64,000 nt of DNA from Azolla caroliniana (taxonomy: Eukaryota > Plantae > Polypodiophyta). The translations under genes were made by a program, and so were the position numbers. How positions within the stretch are numbered: position 1 is the first letter of the stretch; each line of letters begins with the position of its first letter. Under the pieces are notes generated by a model. The model was not told the origin of the DNA. It did not search any database and worked only from the letters and a program-made list of their open reading frames with translations. The stretch covers positions 7,998,001-8,062,000 of the forward strand of contig JBHGNT010000014.1 of the NCBI GenBank assembly GCA_043228905.1. Reading direction: 5' to 3'. Below are positions 14,511 through 29,145 of this stretch, one piece after another.

Positions 14511-14927
14511 GAATACTTGTGTCTATGAATTGTTTTCTCACTTTCAAGAATTACACAAATAAAACCAAATGATGTCTCCATTTTTCTTCACCTTTTTCTC
14601 ATTTGGACCATGGATAGTAGGTTCCATTAGGTCTAGATACAAGTATAAGATTGAAACAAGAACTTGGTTTTGGAATTTTTTTCTAAACTCTAAGTTAAAA
14701 AGGAGTGTATCTTCACCTTTCTCGATCTAATTCCTTTCTTGTGAAAAGGGCAATCAAAACAAATGAAGTTTCCTTCTTTTCTTCCCAATTTTCTTATTTG
14801 GACACTAAATAGTAGGCTAGACACAAGTATAAGATTGAAACACGCACTAGTTTTTGTTTTTTTTGGATTCCTAAAAAAGTTCAAAAAACACATTCTTTGC
14901 ATAGAAAAAGCTAAGAAAAAAACCTGT

Positions 14928-15728
14928 TTAAAAAATTATATCTTCATCGTTTATTGTCTCAAATTGGATCAAGTTTGCACCATTCGTCTTTCCACTAACA
15001 CCACCATCATTAGAAAAACTAGCTTGTTTCATCACTGATTCTTCAGCATACTTCTTGTTCAGAAGCATTTGTTTCTCAACCTCTCTTTTTTTGAACCCTT
15101 GGATCTTCTTGAGCCTAAAGAATTCTTCTCTTTCAAGCTCATCGAGCTCTCCTTTGATATAACTGATGGTATTCTCAAGCTTCGGCTTAACAACATTCTC
15201 CAGAGCATTAACTCTGCGATTCGTTGTCTTGATGGCTTCATCAAGAGTCAGAAATGATGTCTGAAGAGAAGCAAGTTCCACAAGAACCTCGATCGCCCTA
15301 ATGAAAGAAGATCTACAGAGTTGAATCTGTTGTCCACCTCTAGAAAGACCAGTGAGATTATTCTTACTCTCACCATTATCAATGAAGAATTCAAACTTCG
15401 GAAGCTTCACACCTGCAACGTTATCCTGCTTCGAACGAACTCTCACAGACGCCGATCCATTCACGTTTTCTAAGACAATATGTTTTATGTTCTCACCTGC
15501 TGTGTATTTCGCCTCTGTAAGGGAGAAGGATGAAGCTCGCAGAGATTCTCCCATCGTTTCTTTGGCTTGAACGATACGCTTCAAGATCTGTCTGAACTGA
15601 ACTGTGAGAGCATCGCTCTTCTTCTTCAAGAGCTGATGGCCTTTCGTTGCTCCGATGAGACGAGATTTCACTACTCCTAGGACTGTCACTGTGGGAACCA
15701 CGTTCAGTCTCTGTCCTTGTCCAGACAT
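14928..15728 (-). CDS. VHA-D: V-type proton ATPase subunit D (266 aa, intronless CDS)
   Basis: MSGQGQRLNVVPTVTVL...GATKGHQLLKKKSDALTVQFR...DNVAGVKLP...VELASLQTSFLTLDEAIKTTNRRVNALE...ELDELEREEFFRLKKIQ...DEDIIF, the conserved V-ATPase D sequence; ATG at 15728, TAA at 14928. Confidence 0.97.
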   Translation of the reverse strand: MSGQGQRLNVVPTVTVLGVVKSRLIGATKGHQLLKKKSDALTVQFRQILKRIVQAKETMGESLRASSFSLTEAKYTAGENIKHIVLENVNGSASVRVRSKQDNVAGVKLPKFEFFIDNGESKNNLTGLSRGGQQIQLCRSSFIRAIEVLVELASLQTSFLTLDEAIKTTNRRVNALENVVKPKLENTISYIKGELDELEREEFFRLKKIQGFKKREVEKQMLLNKKYAEESVMKQASFSNDGGVSGKTNGANLIQFETINDEDIIF

Positions 15729-17916
15729 GGTCTTCGAAAGCTTCGATGTATCAGAGAAGGAAGAACACACAGCACAGTGTAAGTGTAGTGTAGTGTGTAC
15801 TTGTAGCGTGCAGTTCGTAGCGTTTTACTGCAGAAAGAAATTGCCGGAATATGTATATACATATTTATACACGCACACGCACACGTACATACGTACATAC
15901 ACATGTATGTGTATACATACATGTAGTGGTTGTAGCAGCCAGTAGTAGTAAGGAGGGTAGGAGGGAGGGAGATTTCATTTTCGTGGAATTGTAGCAAGTA
16001 GTATTAGGAGGGGAAAAGGCTTGGAGGGGGAGGGGGCATTGCTTCTAACTATAAATAGAGGGCGAGTTGCTCATATTTGTAAGATGAGCATTGTATGACT
16101 AATATCAAATCAAGGTGTAGATAGAAAATTTCCTTTTGAAAATACTTGGCATAATTTCAATTTTGTTGCATGAACATAATTTGTAGAGCAACTTATAACA
16201 AGGAATGGAATATTGAAGGTTGAAAATGTTCACGAACTTGATGAGCCAAAGACCAAATTTGAATGGTGCATTCAAAAAAAAAATTTCAACAAGAGCAAAC
16301 TCAGCCATGTCAATAATTAAAGCCAACATGTATTAAGCTACCATGCAAAGGCAATCTCGTATTGGATACATAGAACTCTTTAACTCAAAAGGAGAATTGT
16401 CAAATTAAAATTGAGTGTTTATAATATTTTTAATTCATTTGTGAGATTCATCTTGAATTCAAATGAGAGTCTGGCATTGGAATGTGTGTTTGTGAAGATG
16501 TTGCAAGGAGGTTCAATGAACCCATGATTTTATTCATCACTTCATTTGCTATCCATAAAAAATGAAGCTATTTGAATCCCAATTGCAAGAAACAAGTTTT
16601 GAGGAAGCAAGAAAGATGTTGTGACACCTTTACACACCATAGCATTGTTGAAGAAACCAATAAATAGCCAAGAAGATTCTGGATTGCAGCATATGCTCCT
16701 AGCAAACAACATCAAGGATGACAATGTAAAATCCTAGCACATTGTTTATAAATAAAGGGAGACCAAAGTCTATTATCATGAATACCAACATGATGTCTTG
16801 TTGTTGAAAGCTCCATTATCTCAATATGGTACATTAAGTATCCCATCTAACACATTGCATGAAGAACAAGCAATGTTGTATGATAAACATTGCATGCCAT
16901 CAGATTTTGCTTTTCATTGAAATTTACACATTTTTATTGTTAGAGAAATGGGCCCATGGTTTATATGTATTTACTAATGGCCATTATAAATATCAAGCAA
17001 ATCACTAGACCAACCATTAAGATATAACCATAGACATAACACATAATCTCCATTATATACATATTTCAATAACTAGGTATTAAAGCTGCTTCTAGATCAT
17101 TGCAACTAAGATCAACTACTGATTAGGAAAGGAAACGTATGTCAAGTTTCCTCTCATCGTCTTTCTATGAATGAAACGAAACAACAAAGATCAAGTCCTC
17201 TTCCTTTGGGCCACACCATTCAAGCATATTAATTTGATAGAGGAAGAGGACACCCATAGTTAACTCCAATTGGAGCACAGGAGATCAGCTTGTTGACTCT
17301 TTTATTCTCAAGTATTAATTTTAGATGCTCTCATACAATGATTTCTACATATGTTCGGTTTCTATGTTGATATTTGGGCTACATGATGCATGGGTCACTA
17401 CACAAGTTATAATTATAATCAGTTTAGAGAAAGGTAGCTAAGACATCATTTCATGACTTTTACCATTTGAGGACAGTTAAATAAATCATCACATTTATGT
17501 CAATTGAGATAACTTGAGAGAGTACTCAACAGTTGTGCATTCCCCCTGATGCTAACTAAGCTGTAAATGATTCCAACACAAGCTAACTCAATTCTCCAGC
17601 TTATATCTCCTTCATTTTTATGACCATCCCAGGACTAGAGAGAGATGGGAAATACTAAATCCTAACATCGCACTTTGGTCAACAGAAAATTTCAGAAAAT
17701 TTTACAGCATATCGATCAACACCATTAACATGTTCAGAGAATTAGTATTCTTTCATTGTATAGATTTACAGACGTTTCCCATCCCTCTATTAGATAAGTA
17801 CATCTGAGGTGTGTTAAACAATCCATGCACAACAGGTCATGTGAAGTGAATGCGAACGTCTCCCTTCAAGAATCTTTTTGTAAATACAATTACAGAAGTT
17901 TCAGATACACAATGCG

Positions 17917-20900
17917 TTATTTTCTTGATGACAATGCCAGAAGAATTTTCTTCCTTGGTCCCTGAATGTTAAAATGCTAGAACTAGTAAGCAAATATACA
18001 AAAGTGAGTCCTGAAAAGGCAACCAATGAGTGCGAGATAATATTTGAAGACAACACACATACCATTGGAAGACCCAACTCCTTGAGATCGTCATCATTCA
18101 TGTTCCTTAAAGCTGTCATATCAACCTATAACATGTGAAGTTCATGCATCAGTTGCTACATCATACCACAAAATGTACAAAGTCACTAAATGGGTGTACC
18201 TCCTCTGCCTGGAACATTATCGAGTATTTGCTGAGACCAAGAGACTGCAATACAGTTGCCACAGTTGGTTGTTCCACCTAAATTTTAATTAGATTCATGC
18301 TGCCCATAAGCATGGTGTATCACATTAAATGATGGAAACATCACATCATTTATTTGTCGTAGGTACCCAGATTTTGATGTATACATTACCAAACCCAGAA
18401 TTGAAATGGACGTCAAAATGTAAACAATCCCTAAAAAAGTAGGAGAGAAAAGGCGAAGGAAAAATTTTGCCCAAAAAATAAAATTATGCATGTGCTTGCA
18501 CAGTGTGCACAGCTTTAGAAGTGCAAGACCATCCATCAATGTCTATAAAATGTGCATAACGTAGATGTCATCCATACTCATACCATGAATGTAATGCACC
18601 ATAAAGAATGAATTATTTAAGTTTCTATAGCCACTCGTGACTCCCAAGTATTTGGAAGAGCCACCAAATAAATTTGCATGGATTTTCCACGTTACTCATC
18701 TTAGCAAACTTTCTAATGTGGTACACATGCAAATATAACAACATACCTACCAGCACACCAAAACATGTAGCACAACTCATTATCACTTTGACTAGAATCT
18801 TACTTTGTTCGAATGTAATATATATGGCAAATAGTAACTGCCTCAGCAAAAACGAGATCAAGAAACATTTCAGACTCTCAATTCTCACAGAAACACAGGT
18901 TGTGATCAAAGCCAATCAGAAATGAAATGGAAAGAGGACATAAAAAAGAGAGGCTGAGAGAAAATAGGGTGTTCTGGAGCTATGTAAGGCCTCAACAAAA
19001 AGGAGATCTAGAAGCCATTTCAGAATCTCTATTCTAACAGAAATACAGGTTGTGATCACAAGCAATTAGAAATGAAGACATAAAAAGGAGAGGCTGAGAC
19101 AAAATAGGGTGTTCTGAAGATATCTAAGCGCCTCAGAAAAAATGAGATCTAGAAACCGTTTCAGAATCTTGATTCTCCCAGGAATACAGGTTGTGATCAC
19201 AGCCAATTACAAATGAAATGGAAAGAAGACATGAAAAGGCGAGGGTCTGGAGCTATTGGTTCTTTGTTTAGCCAAAGCACTTCACTGTGCCTTCCGTGAA
19301 AACCATGCACTCTTGTACCTGCAATATGAAATCACAGCCATATTTAATAAGGGCTTGGAGTATGTACTTTATCACTGGAAAAAAATAATTTGGAGTATTG
19401 AGAAAGAAGTTCAATATAACACTTTCCCAATATACATAACCTGAGGAAAAGTTTATGACCATTTTCATTCTTTCATAGTTTCCGACACTCCAAAGACCAG
19501 GGGATGTTGCAGCAGTGTGCAGAGTACGCCAAACCTGGGGATGCTACAGCAGTGTAGAAAAGGCATTTGTGAACACTGAAGCTAAATTTGTGGCAGGAAA
19601 ACCCCTGTTAGTCTTCCAGATGAGGTCGGGGTTAATACCAGGAAATCCCACACTTGATCATTCAGTGAAAAGATGCATTATTGAGAAGACAAGTGTGAAT
19701 ACAATTAGTGACGGTCTTGATGGATTTTAAAAGCAAACGAATGTAGAAGAAAGAGAATACACAGAAAACAAGGCTGGAAGTGGGGCTAGAAAGAAAGTGA
19801 TGACACATGGAGATTATGATGATGTGAGAAACCCTGATGGAAAACACAAGTCTTGTTTCCTTTTCTAGTTTTTTAATTTCTTCAGAAATTGTTGAGTACA
19901 TTTATCCTTGGTACATAAGTCTTGTTACTATTCTGTTTTTCTATTTACCCTTATCGATTTGTCCATTGGAAATACATTACCCAAATCCATGGGGCAGTGT
20001 AATGCAGAACTGGCATCAATAAAGGAGCCTGGAGGAGCCAATCAGAGTGGCATCACCGCGACCAGCGCAGGATGTGCTGATTAATGACTTCCAGCTGTTG
20101 GCACAAGCAGATATAAAAATTTGGGGAATCAGACTACCTGGCAGTGGCAAAAGCCACCTCTGGCTGCCATGTGCGAGTAATAAGCTTCTACTATGGCCTG
20201 CTTGTGGAGAAGCAATGAGGGAGTCAGATATTAGGAGGGCCTGACATATCCCGCAAGGTAGCAATGTTTTGCTTGGATATTGGTCTTCTTTATCACAACT
20301 TGTATAATATGCCAAGATAGCAAGCAGTCCGTTCATCACACGATATGAATGGCGTATGGTCAGTTGGGGACAGTATACTTACTGCAGATGGAGCAGTAGG
20401 TCATATGGGACAGAAGATATACTTCCGGATTCTGTTGAAGTGGCTGCAATTGCTCTTTCTGCCACACCAATCAGAGGACAAGGAGCCCAAGAAGAAGTAC
20501 CAGACCTCCAAACTGGCCAGGGATGCGGATCTCGCTGCAATCGAATTGAGAGGAAGGATAATGACCCACCATGTGACATATATAAGTCGCCCGAATGGCA
20601 CAATTGAAAGAGGGAGATATAATAAAGAGAGAACAAATGTAATTGTCTGTTGGTGTAGTATGATTCCTCTTGATTCTCTGATTTAATCAGTGCATATGGT
20701 GTAATCTATGGTGTCACATTAAGTTACTGTTGACTCCAATGCTTCTCCTCATGGTGTAATTCTTAACCAAGAGAGGTAAGAGGCTAAATCAGACATATTC
20801 GGGGTAGAACATTTTCTCAGACGATCTTGCCATCATCCCGACCAACATAGAGATTAGGAAAGCCTTCACGTAATATAATCTCTACTAACCCTCAAGAATC

Positions 20901-23900
20901 TTAACGGATTGTCTGTTAGTTCTTTTGCAGGGCATACATAGTTGAAACAAACGAACAATAGTAGAGAAGAATTGTCAAGAGCCAGAGATAAAGACCAGGA
21001 AGAAGATGACGAAGAAGCAACATCAGATATTCAATGACCTGGCAGAAGAGTTGTGATTTACTTACAGAAAGCCACGTGACTCTTTGAAGATTGTAATGCA
21101 GATAATATTTATATTGGAATACCAGGCATGGCTCAATGATCTTGACGAGAATCCAATGTACATTCATGAGAATTGGACGATCTGAACCAGTGATTCCACA
21201 CGAATTCCAGGTTATCAGGATGCTTTTCAGTAAGAAATGATGTTCATAAATGAGATATTTATGCTTAGAGGACGAGTAATGCAGCTGAAGGAGGATTTGA
21301 AAGGGTTGACACAGGTTATATGTGAAGAAGAAGATCATAAAAAGCATAGTTGTTAAAAAACATGTATTCTATGTTTAGAATACGTTTTAGAATACTCTGA
21401 AGTACTCTACACATATTCTACATTTTAGAACTATTATTTACATTTCCGAAAAGCTAAAACAATATTAAAATTTTAAATTTTAAAATTTTTTAACTTTTAA
21501 TATTATGAAGTATTTAACGTATTTTATGTGTAAAATATATATTCTACGTATTTAAAATAAAAAGTAGAATACTTAGCATACGTATTCTACGCATATTGTA
21601 TTCTAAGTGTTCTACAACAATCGAACAAAGGAACAGTCGGAAAACGTGGCCCAGGGTTGTTCATTGAAAAGATTTGAATGGAAAATCTGATAGTCAGCAA
21701 ACAATGGTGTGTAGCCAAGATTGCACTCACCTAGAAATCGAAGGAAAATGTCTAAAAGTGGAAGAGATCATTGATCCAAGTAGCACAGACAATGTTATCT
21801 GTAGTTTCCTGGCCAGATATTGAAATGCACTTCGAGGACCGTGGGAGGATCTGCCAAGTTAGCCATTCATAGACTTATCAATCATACCAATAGTAGCTTA
21901 GAGATGAATATTTGGAAGATCTCCAGAGATGTTTACGGAACATTTGCTCACTATGAATGGGATATCCCACAGGCATGCCAAGGTGTGCCGGAAAAAAACA
22001 ATAGTATTCACTAATTGAGTGAATAGCTATGTGTACATGTTTAGAGTGGTATGAATCCCTCATATCCGATTATTGACATCATCAATGTAGAGAGGATATG
22101 GAGGGTGTAACTTATCTGGAATAGTGTAAAGTAGGTTAAAACTTGAAAGGATGCAGTGTCCCTTAGTATCTGATTTTGACATAAGCAATATGATACATGG
22201 GATACTAAGGGATGGATTCAATTTCCAAGGTTTGAAAATATGAAAAGGATTCAAATTCATTTAGTCACTTAGCTTGAAAAGTTATCATAAGCAATATGAT
22301 ACATTGGATAAGGTTTGAAAGGGTGCAGTGTCCCTTATTTTGAGATAAGCAATATGATACGTGGTTGTAACCCAATATTTAATATGATATACGTACAGAG
22401 GATTCATGGTAGTTTTAAGTGAATAAATTAAGTGAGTTAAGTAAGCATTATTATTGTGTAACTTGTAATTATGTATACTATATCATCATACTTCTGATGT
22501 CAAATGCGTACACTATCATTCTATTGCGAATCCAATGAATCCCGTGTTATCTTACCATCACAAGGGATGGGAACTTCCCGTCCTAATCACATTCCTCTAT
22601 CCTATGCCATATCATGTTCCGTGTGACTTTGCACTGTATAATGCTAGAAAAACTATCAAAAGCGTGTGCATACAAAACCTAAGAATAAAAAAAATGATGG
22701 ACAAACATGCATGCTTGATCGAGCTGCAATATGATGAAAACATTACATCAGACTACAAATTGAATTATTTTTAAGAGACAATACCAGATGATCAGCAAAC
22801 GGATAACTAAGTTACATATGAAACTTTTCCTGGTTCTTATTTTTGCTTTACGTACAGCATACTAAGGCCTTAAAGAGCAATGGAATGAATTGGCACACAG
22901 AATGTAAAATTGAAAGCTTTAAATAGGCCAGGAAAACATATCCTGCAAGTATTAAGTTCAGGAACTTACCGCCACAGAAACACCCCGTACTGCTTTGATT
23001 TGAGATGGAGCCGAAGTTGCTGCTGGTACTGTTCGTATAACCGGCACACTCTTTAAGGGCAAATGACGCCTTCGTACAACTACCCTTGCACCTTGAGGAT
23101 GAGGAGGCACCGAAATCCTTTCTTGCAAATCATTCACAAGGTTAGAAGTGCCATCCATTGACCACTTACTTTTAAGAAAGTTCTTCTGATCAAGTTTGTA
23201 TCGTAAATCTTGTTCAGGATTTTGAGCATCTGTAGTCAGACATCAATTAATCAAGCAAAACATGCAAATGATACAGCCCTTGAATGATTGATCTATAAAG
23301 TCCCTTACTATCGAAGGTTGAAGGCATAACGGCATCTTCCATAAATACCCTCGGCTTCCAAGTAGATTCAAGGTGTTGCCTGTAAACAAGGAGAAGATTG
23401 ATCACAAAGCAATTACACATACAAAGCTCTGGCTAGGGGATTAGGTTTTACAAATTTACCTGTGTAAAAAAAATAAAAACAGATGATTCTTCTAAAGGAT
23501 CCAATGTCAAAGATTATTTCCTAATAACTTTGCAGGCTACAATTAATACTCCATCAAAATGGAATTTTCTACACAATGGTAAAACTATAGGTTATACCAA
23601 ATGTGTATCCAAAATATATACATATACACGGTACATAAACACATTTAAATATACATAATATAATTTTGTCATATATGTATGTGTCTATATTCCTATCCAT
23701 TCTTGAACAATAATTTGGTGTACAATGAGATTTCCTGCAAATAATAATAATTTCAAAAACAATTATAGGTATAACTCCTCCTGTGTCAATAGAAAAATGA
23801 ATAAAAGGAACGATGCAAGATGAGCAACAGCTTTCTTCTTTTGATGTTGAGTTACATGCACCTTTAGAGATTCACCAATAACGTTTATAGAAAACCTTGA

Positions 23901-26099
23901 TGCTAATTTACCAAAAGAGAAGTTAGGAATACATCCAAACATCTGAAGATTGAATCAATTTTGACATATTGTATTTGTGAAAATGTTTAGGTAAAAGGAA
24001 TTTCAATTCAGATCAATAAAAAACAATAATCTCGTAGGCAGTTGCTTAAAGAACTCATCATCACTAGACTTTCCAGACGCCCCAAAAGTTAAGAAGAGTT
24101 CAAAAACAAGAAGGTTAATATTATACATATGCACCTTTATGGGACCAGGCTAAGAAATTTAGCATCCACATATGCATTGAGCACAAAAGAAGTGAATGAA
24201 TTAGTAGGAGACAGATATAAACAGTGAAACAAGAAAACCAAAAACTTAACCAAAGTTTCAAACTGGAGATATTTGCATTATAATCAAAGTTTGACACTCT
24301 TAAGAGAAATATTTTACCAAATAGAAGATCTAGCCTTTCAACCTTAACCTACTATGTCTAATATAAATACTAGGATCTTTTCAATCTTGCTAACACCAAA
24401 TGTAAAAGTAGGTTTAACTCATGTATTGGCATGTAACAATGTGTTATTTAGTTTGTATCAATTATTAGCACTGTCTCCCTAAGAGACAGTCCATTGTTAT
24501 AAGAGCTCAAAATTAGGAAGACTTTGTAAATGTTAAATAAAAAAGTAAGTGTTAGTCTTTTTACTTTACTTTTTTATAATGTAGAGGATTTTAATGTCTA
24601 ATTAATTTAGCTATTCCACCTCTCTAATCAGTCTCTAAGGGTTAATTAAGAAACAAGAGGCAGTGCATCGAAGCGATGACTTGTTATAATATGTATTTAA
24701 ACAAATTATCAATTTACTCAAAGATATGAGAATGCTTAAGTTGTGGATGGTTACGCAAATAGGAAAACGTAACGGTGAATGAGGTAAGCACGCTCTTAGG
24801 ACGAAATTTCGAATTCAAAAGTCACTTTATTAAGAATATTAGAGCTCAATACTATCTACAGAAGAAAATGGAACTCTAAACTGTCAAGAAAAGAGAATTA
24901 GACCATTTTCTATCGTAACATTGATGCTAGAAAATGGTGTTATGATAACAAGGAAGAAGGTGTTGAGGAACTTGTATTAGTTCAAAGCAATGGAAAAATC
25001 TGCAATAAAGACTAAAGGATAAGCAAAATTCATGTGTATTTTCTGATGAATGGACAAATCTGCAATGCAGCTTAAAGGATAAGTAAATTTCATGTCTGTT
25101 TCATGAAGGCATAAGTAACCAAACACAACTTATTACTCAACCGACACATAATATAGAGCAATCTTTTACACTTAACTCACATTTGTAAAGTGACTGTTTA
25201 CACAATAAATTCATATCATAACAAATTAATCAAAACGTGTATGGTGCTTTCTAAATGTCTTGAAATATTCCTTGTAATGATTACAAGAAGTTCTAGCAAT
25301 TATTATAGTGCACATGAGGTAATTCTCTGATCTCAAGATCATTTTGTGTGGGCTTTCTACCTGTGCCTTATTCATTTTTGTAGCACAAAGAAGTCTTGCT
25401 ACAGAAATTTGAACTAATAAGAAAGAAACAATGGTTTAAGAGGCCAAATAATAAAAATATTCAAGTAGAAGAAAATGCAATATGCATCATAACGAAAGCA
25501 TATTGAAGGAATAAATAATTTATTCAGAATACAACTGACAAAAATTAGTTTCTTTACCGTTTGTTGCTTGTTTGGTAAGGTAAGAGGTTTCTTGAGCCAT
25601 AACCTAAGCGGTCTTTCACAGACCTTTTCCTGTTTTCGAAAATGCCTCCGTTGCGATCAGAATAAGTCCTACCTGAAGAAATGGTAGCTGACCTCTGCAT
25701 TGAATGTATGAATAAAAACTAAATTGAGTCCAGAAAACCACACAATCATAAATATCCATGAATATATAGCATCTCGCCAATATCATGGTAGCAACATAGA
25801 TGTCATTTTACTATCTTCACAATGTTCAGAAAAAGGGTATCAAGCATCCATTAATTTTGTTAAACTAGCTCAGTGAAAATCTTTAGAAAGGAAACAAAAT
25901 CTGTCCCAAAATATAGAGATTTATTACTAAATTGCTGGACAATTCTGGAATTTTCTCATAAAAAATCCTATTACTTTATGCATGTAAAGAAAACGTGGCT
26001 GATTATTAGAGAAATTGTTCCCAAATATTATTCATTCGGAAGAAGATTACAGACCTGACCACTTCGTCCAATAGTAACTGTAACACGAGGCTGAGACAT
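17917..26099 (-). CDS. Plant SAM (sterile alpha motif) domain protein, 232 aa, 7 coding exons: 26099-26055, 25694-25558, 23379-23309, 23229-22970, 18277-18200, 18125-18063, 17961-17917
   Basis: All introns are GT-AG with consistent phases (699 nt total). Protein: MSQPRVTVTIGRSGQ...RKRSVKDRLG...DLRYKL...DLQERIS...TVATVLQSLGLSKYSIMFQAEEVDMTALRNMNDDDLKELGLPMGPRKKILLALSSRK*, with a C-terminal SAM domain. A probable 5' UTR exon lies near 26713-26990. Confidence 0.9.
18841..19256. repeat. Intronic tandem repeat, 125-150 bp x3
   Basis: CCTCA.AAAA.GAGATC.AGAA...TTTCAGA...ACAGGTTGTGATCA starts at about 18841, 18990 and 19131. Confidence 0.8.
21347..21621. mobile_element. Possible AT-rich MITE in the SAM gene intron
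   Basis: Abrupt AT-rich block with imperfect inverted ends (GTTGTTAAAAAAC / GTTCTACAACAA) and repeated GTATTCTA/TAGAATAC subterminal motifs; TSD not resolved. Confidence 0.4.
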
Positions 26100-26636
26100 G
26101 GCTCTAGCCTCTGTATGAGCTGACAATGAAGTCTGAAAAACCAACAGAAAACATACTTCTCTCTAAGATATCCAAATTTCTCAATTCACCAATTTGATGC
26201 ACAGAAAGAGCAAACCAAAACAAAGAAAAAAGATCTCTAGAAAACCAACAAAAAAAGCATTTATTTAAGTCTAACATTGAATTCTGTGCACATTGTTTGA
26301 AGGAAAGATATCACCAACTTGCTTGGAAAGAAGTATCCCAATAAAGAATGGCTAATTTCACCGGTTTCAGTCTCAGCCTTACAGTATGATTTCAATGCAA
26401 TGCAAATAATACCAAAGAAGAAATTATGTACAGAAAAAATTCCTGCCAAAACTAAATACCGAATTTAGATTGTATATTCATGTGAGAGAAAATAGCGACC
26501 TTATTTATAGAGTATTCCGCTAAAGATTTCCTAATTCACTGATCTGACAGCTAGATGAAGGAAATAAAACTGCTAAATGTAGATTATGCCTTCAAAATCA
26601 AACTAAAAAACCACTTGTTTAACTTTAATGCTGAAA

Positions 26637-26673
<37 letters not shown>

Positions 26674-27499
26674 TCTCTCTGTAATATTGTTCGAAAGAAT
26701 GACATGACTGACCTGATCGAAATTCAGCCGATGACTTCTTAATTCACTGATTTTGGCCTTATCTTTACTGTACAATGATATTATATCACGGATATAAATT
26801 CAAACAAGGAGAAGGCTTGAATAGATTGATTTCAAGCGAAAACAGCAGGTTCAGAAAACGTTTCTGAGAGAGAGAGAGAGAGACTTCGTTAATCAGAAGA
26901 TAGACGTCGTCGAATTTTGGGGAAGAAAGTGATGACGAAATTGCAGAGAAGCGTGAGAGAAAGACGGCACAGTCGTCGCTTCGTAAAACCCTAGTTAGTA
27001 CGTACGACAGGGAGGGGAAATGAGTAGACTGTGTACGTGAGTACATAGTATGTAATGTATGTATGTATGTATGTATGTACAATGTACATACATAGTAGTA
27101 GTAGTAGTAGTAGACTGTATTGTTGTCAATGATATAGGTCCTCGTGAGTCGTAATTTTATTTTCATCGTGGAATGTCCGTGAGCTCGTTTGTTTGGTTTG
27201 GTCATGGGTCCAAAGAATCCTCGTTCCAAATGACTCTTCTTATTTTTTAATTATGTAATCCAATTCTATTTTTCTTATTCTCTCACCTCCTCCTTCCTCT
27301 TGCCCCTCCTCTTTTTTTCTGCCTTCCCCATTTTATGAATTATGTATGTATTATTAATGTTGTCTCTCTTTGTCCCGGCCAACCCATCCATCTCTTCTCA
27401 TGCATATACATCCATCCATCCATATCCTCCAAATTTACTCCTTCCATTTCATGTTTATTTCTATTTCGAATTTTTGGCTTCTATTGTAATGTACGTAGA

Positions 27500-27950
27500 A
27501 CGATTCCAAAATAACTAGTGCATGTGTAAGTTATAGTATCCGCTTACATTGCCTTAGTTCTTGAGCTACCCGTTTATGAATCTTGGCATGCTCTAAGTTT
27601 GGCTCTGGATCGAACCGTAGTTGCAGGTCCAGTCCTTGCCATGTCATATATGACACCTCCCCTTTTGATAAAAGGTTGGATAGGGTTATTACATTTTACT
27701 ATGAGGACCCTTTTACAATTATGATCGGATCATGCAATGCAGAGGCAAAGGTGAGCGTTGCGATTGTCAGGTGGCTTTGGCAATACGTTTTTGTGCGGAT
27801 GCGCATCATCGTCGTGTATGGCCGAAGCCAACGGTGCATGAGGGATTCACAGAGCCCCGAACGAGATAGTAAACTATGACACTCTCTCCAATCTGTAGCT
27901 CGATCGGTGCATGTGATGCATCATAGTGTTTCTTGTGTTGTAAATGTGCC
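27500..27950 (-). pseudogene. Gypsy integrase C-terminal remnant, PPT and start of a 3' LTR
   Basis: QHKKHYDASHAPIELQIGESV...LMHRWLRPY on the minus strand, then AAAAGGGGAGG followed by TGTCATATATG. Confidence 0.5.
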
Positions 27951-28014
27951 ATGTGTAAGTAATGTTATGAGCATGTGTCGAAGAAGCAGTTGATGGAGTT
28001 GGAGATGAAGATAG

Positions 28015-28244
28015 TTGTCTCGAAATGATGCTTTCACATTACCGAAGTTATTTGATGTCATTTATGATGCATACACGCCACATCCGAATATGTTCCACCT
28101 AAAAGAGATATATGACTTTAAGAGATACATATCAGATGGTGGGGAGTGGAATGTTAAAGTCCTAGCCCAATTAAACAATATAAACTTTAATAACATTTTC
28201 TTGATAAAGAAAAATGACACAAGTGGACGTACATTGTTGTATGT
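28015..28244 (+). pseudogene. Fragment of the Sola-like transposase family found at 50480-53040
   Basis: DAFTLPKLFDVIYDAYTPHP...KEIYDFKRYISDGG..VKVLAQLNNI closely matches the C-terminus of ORF 51398-52606. Confidence 0.85.
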
Positions 28245-29145
28245 TGTAAAGAAAGGAGAGTGATTGTATGCAGCGGTAGGACTGTGTGTGTGTGTGTGTG
28301 TATGAGCACTTATGAGAAACACACACACACACACAATCTTAAGATGAGAAAACTATGTATTACTTCCAACAGTAACAAAGTTACAAAAGGTTGGTTTAAA
28401 TACCAACTAAACTAGGGCAATGGCCCTTTCTACTATTTACAGAACTAGCCTGGTATGTCCATGAGCTAGTGTGAAACCTATTTCTATGGGAAGTTGAGTT
28501 CAATTCTCAACACGCCCCTTCGAACACAACTTCTGAATATCAAAAAATTGTTTCGGATCGGTCTTCGGAACGCTTCGAACTTCAATTGTTCGGCTTTTCG
28601 GTTGCATACTCCTTGTTCAGCTTCGATCAATTGATCGGTTCACTGTTTTGTACTCCCCCTCAAGCTCGGCTAGTCGGGAATAGATAGGCCAAGGTTCGAC
28701 GCGAACTACCGCAGCTTGTCGATACCCGGGGCTTTCGTGAAAATGTCGGCTACCTGTAGATTCGTGTTGATGTGGTGTAAGTCTATATCTCCAGCCTGCA
28801 CGCGTTTGCGGATGAAGTGGTAGTGCACTTCGACATGCTTAATCTGCGCGTGGAATACGGAGTTCCGCACCACGTAGATATTGCTCATGTTGTCACAGTA
28901 TAGACGAATCGGATCCTTGATGGGTATGCCCAGATCCTTCAGTATACGCTTGAGCCATACGACTTCACATGCGGCGACCGCCGCACCCCTGTATTCGGCC
29001 TCCGTGCTCGATAATGCAACTGTCGGTTGCTTCTTGCTACCCCATGAGATTGCTCCGCTACCGAGGGAGAAGACGAATCCTGATGTTGACCATCTATCCG
29101 CTTTAGAACCTGCCCAGTCCGCGTCTACGTACCCTTCGAGTTGAA
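28245..29145 (-). mobile_element. 3' end of a copia element (RNase H about 29145-28700, PPT, 3' LTR 28245-28512)
   Basis: GYVDADWAG...STSGFVF...[16 protein letters not shown]...[10 protein letters not shown]...ADIFTK; LTR bounded by TG...CA. Confidence 0.85.

Noticed and set aside
14928-15728. VHA-D as a retrocopy because it lacks introns
   Set aside because: As I recall, plant VHA-D coding regions are normally intronless; the ORF is intact with no poly(A) or TSD. The ORF-track start at 15770 is not an ATG.
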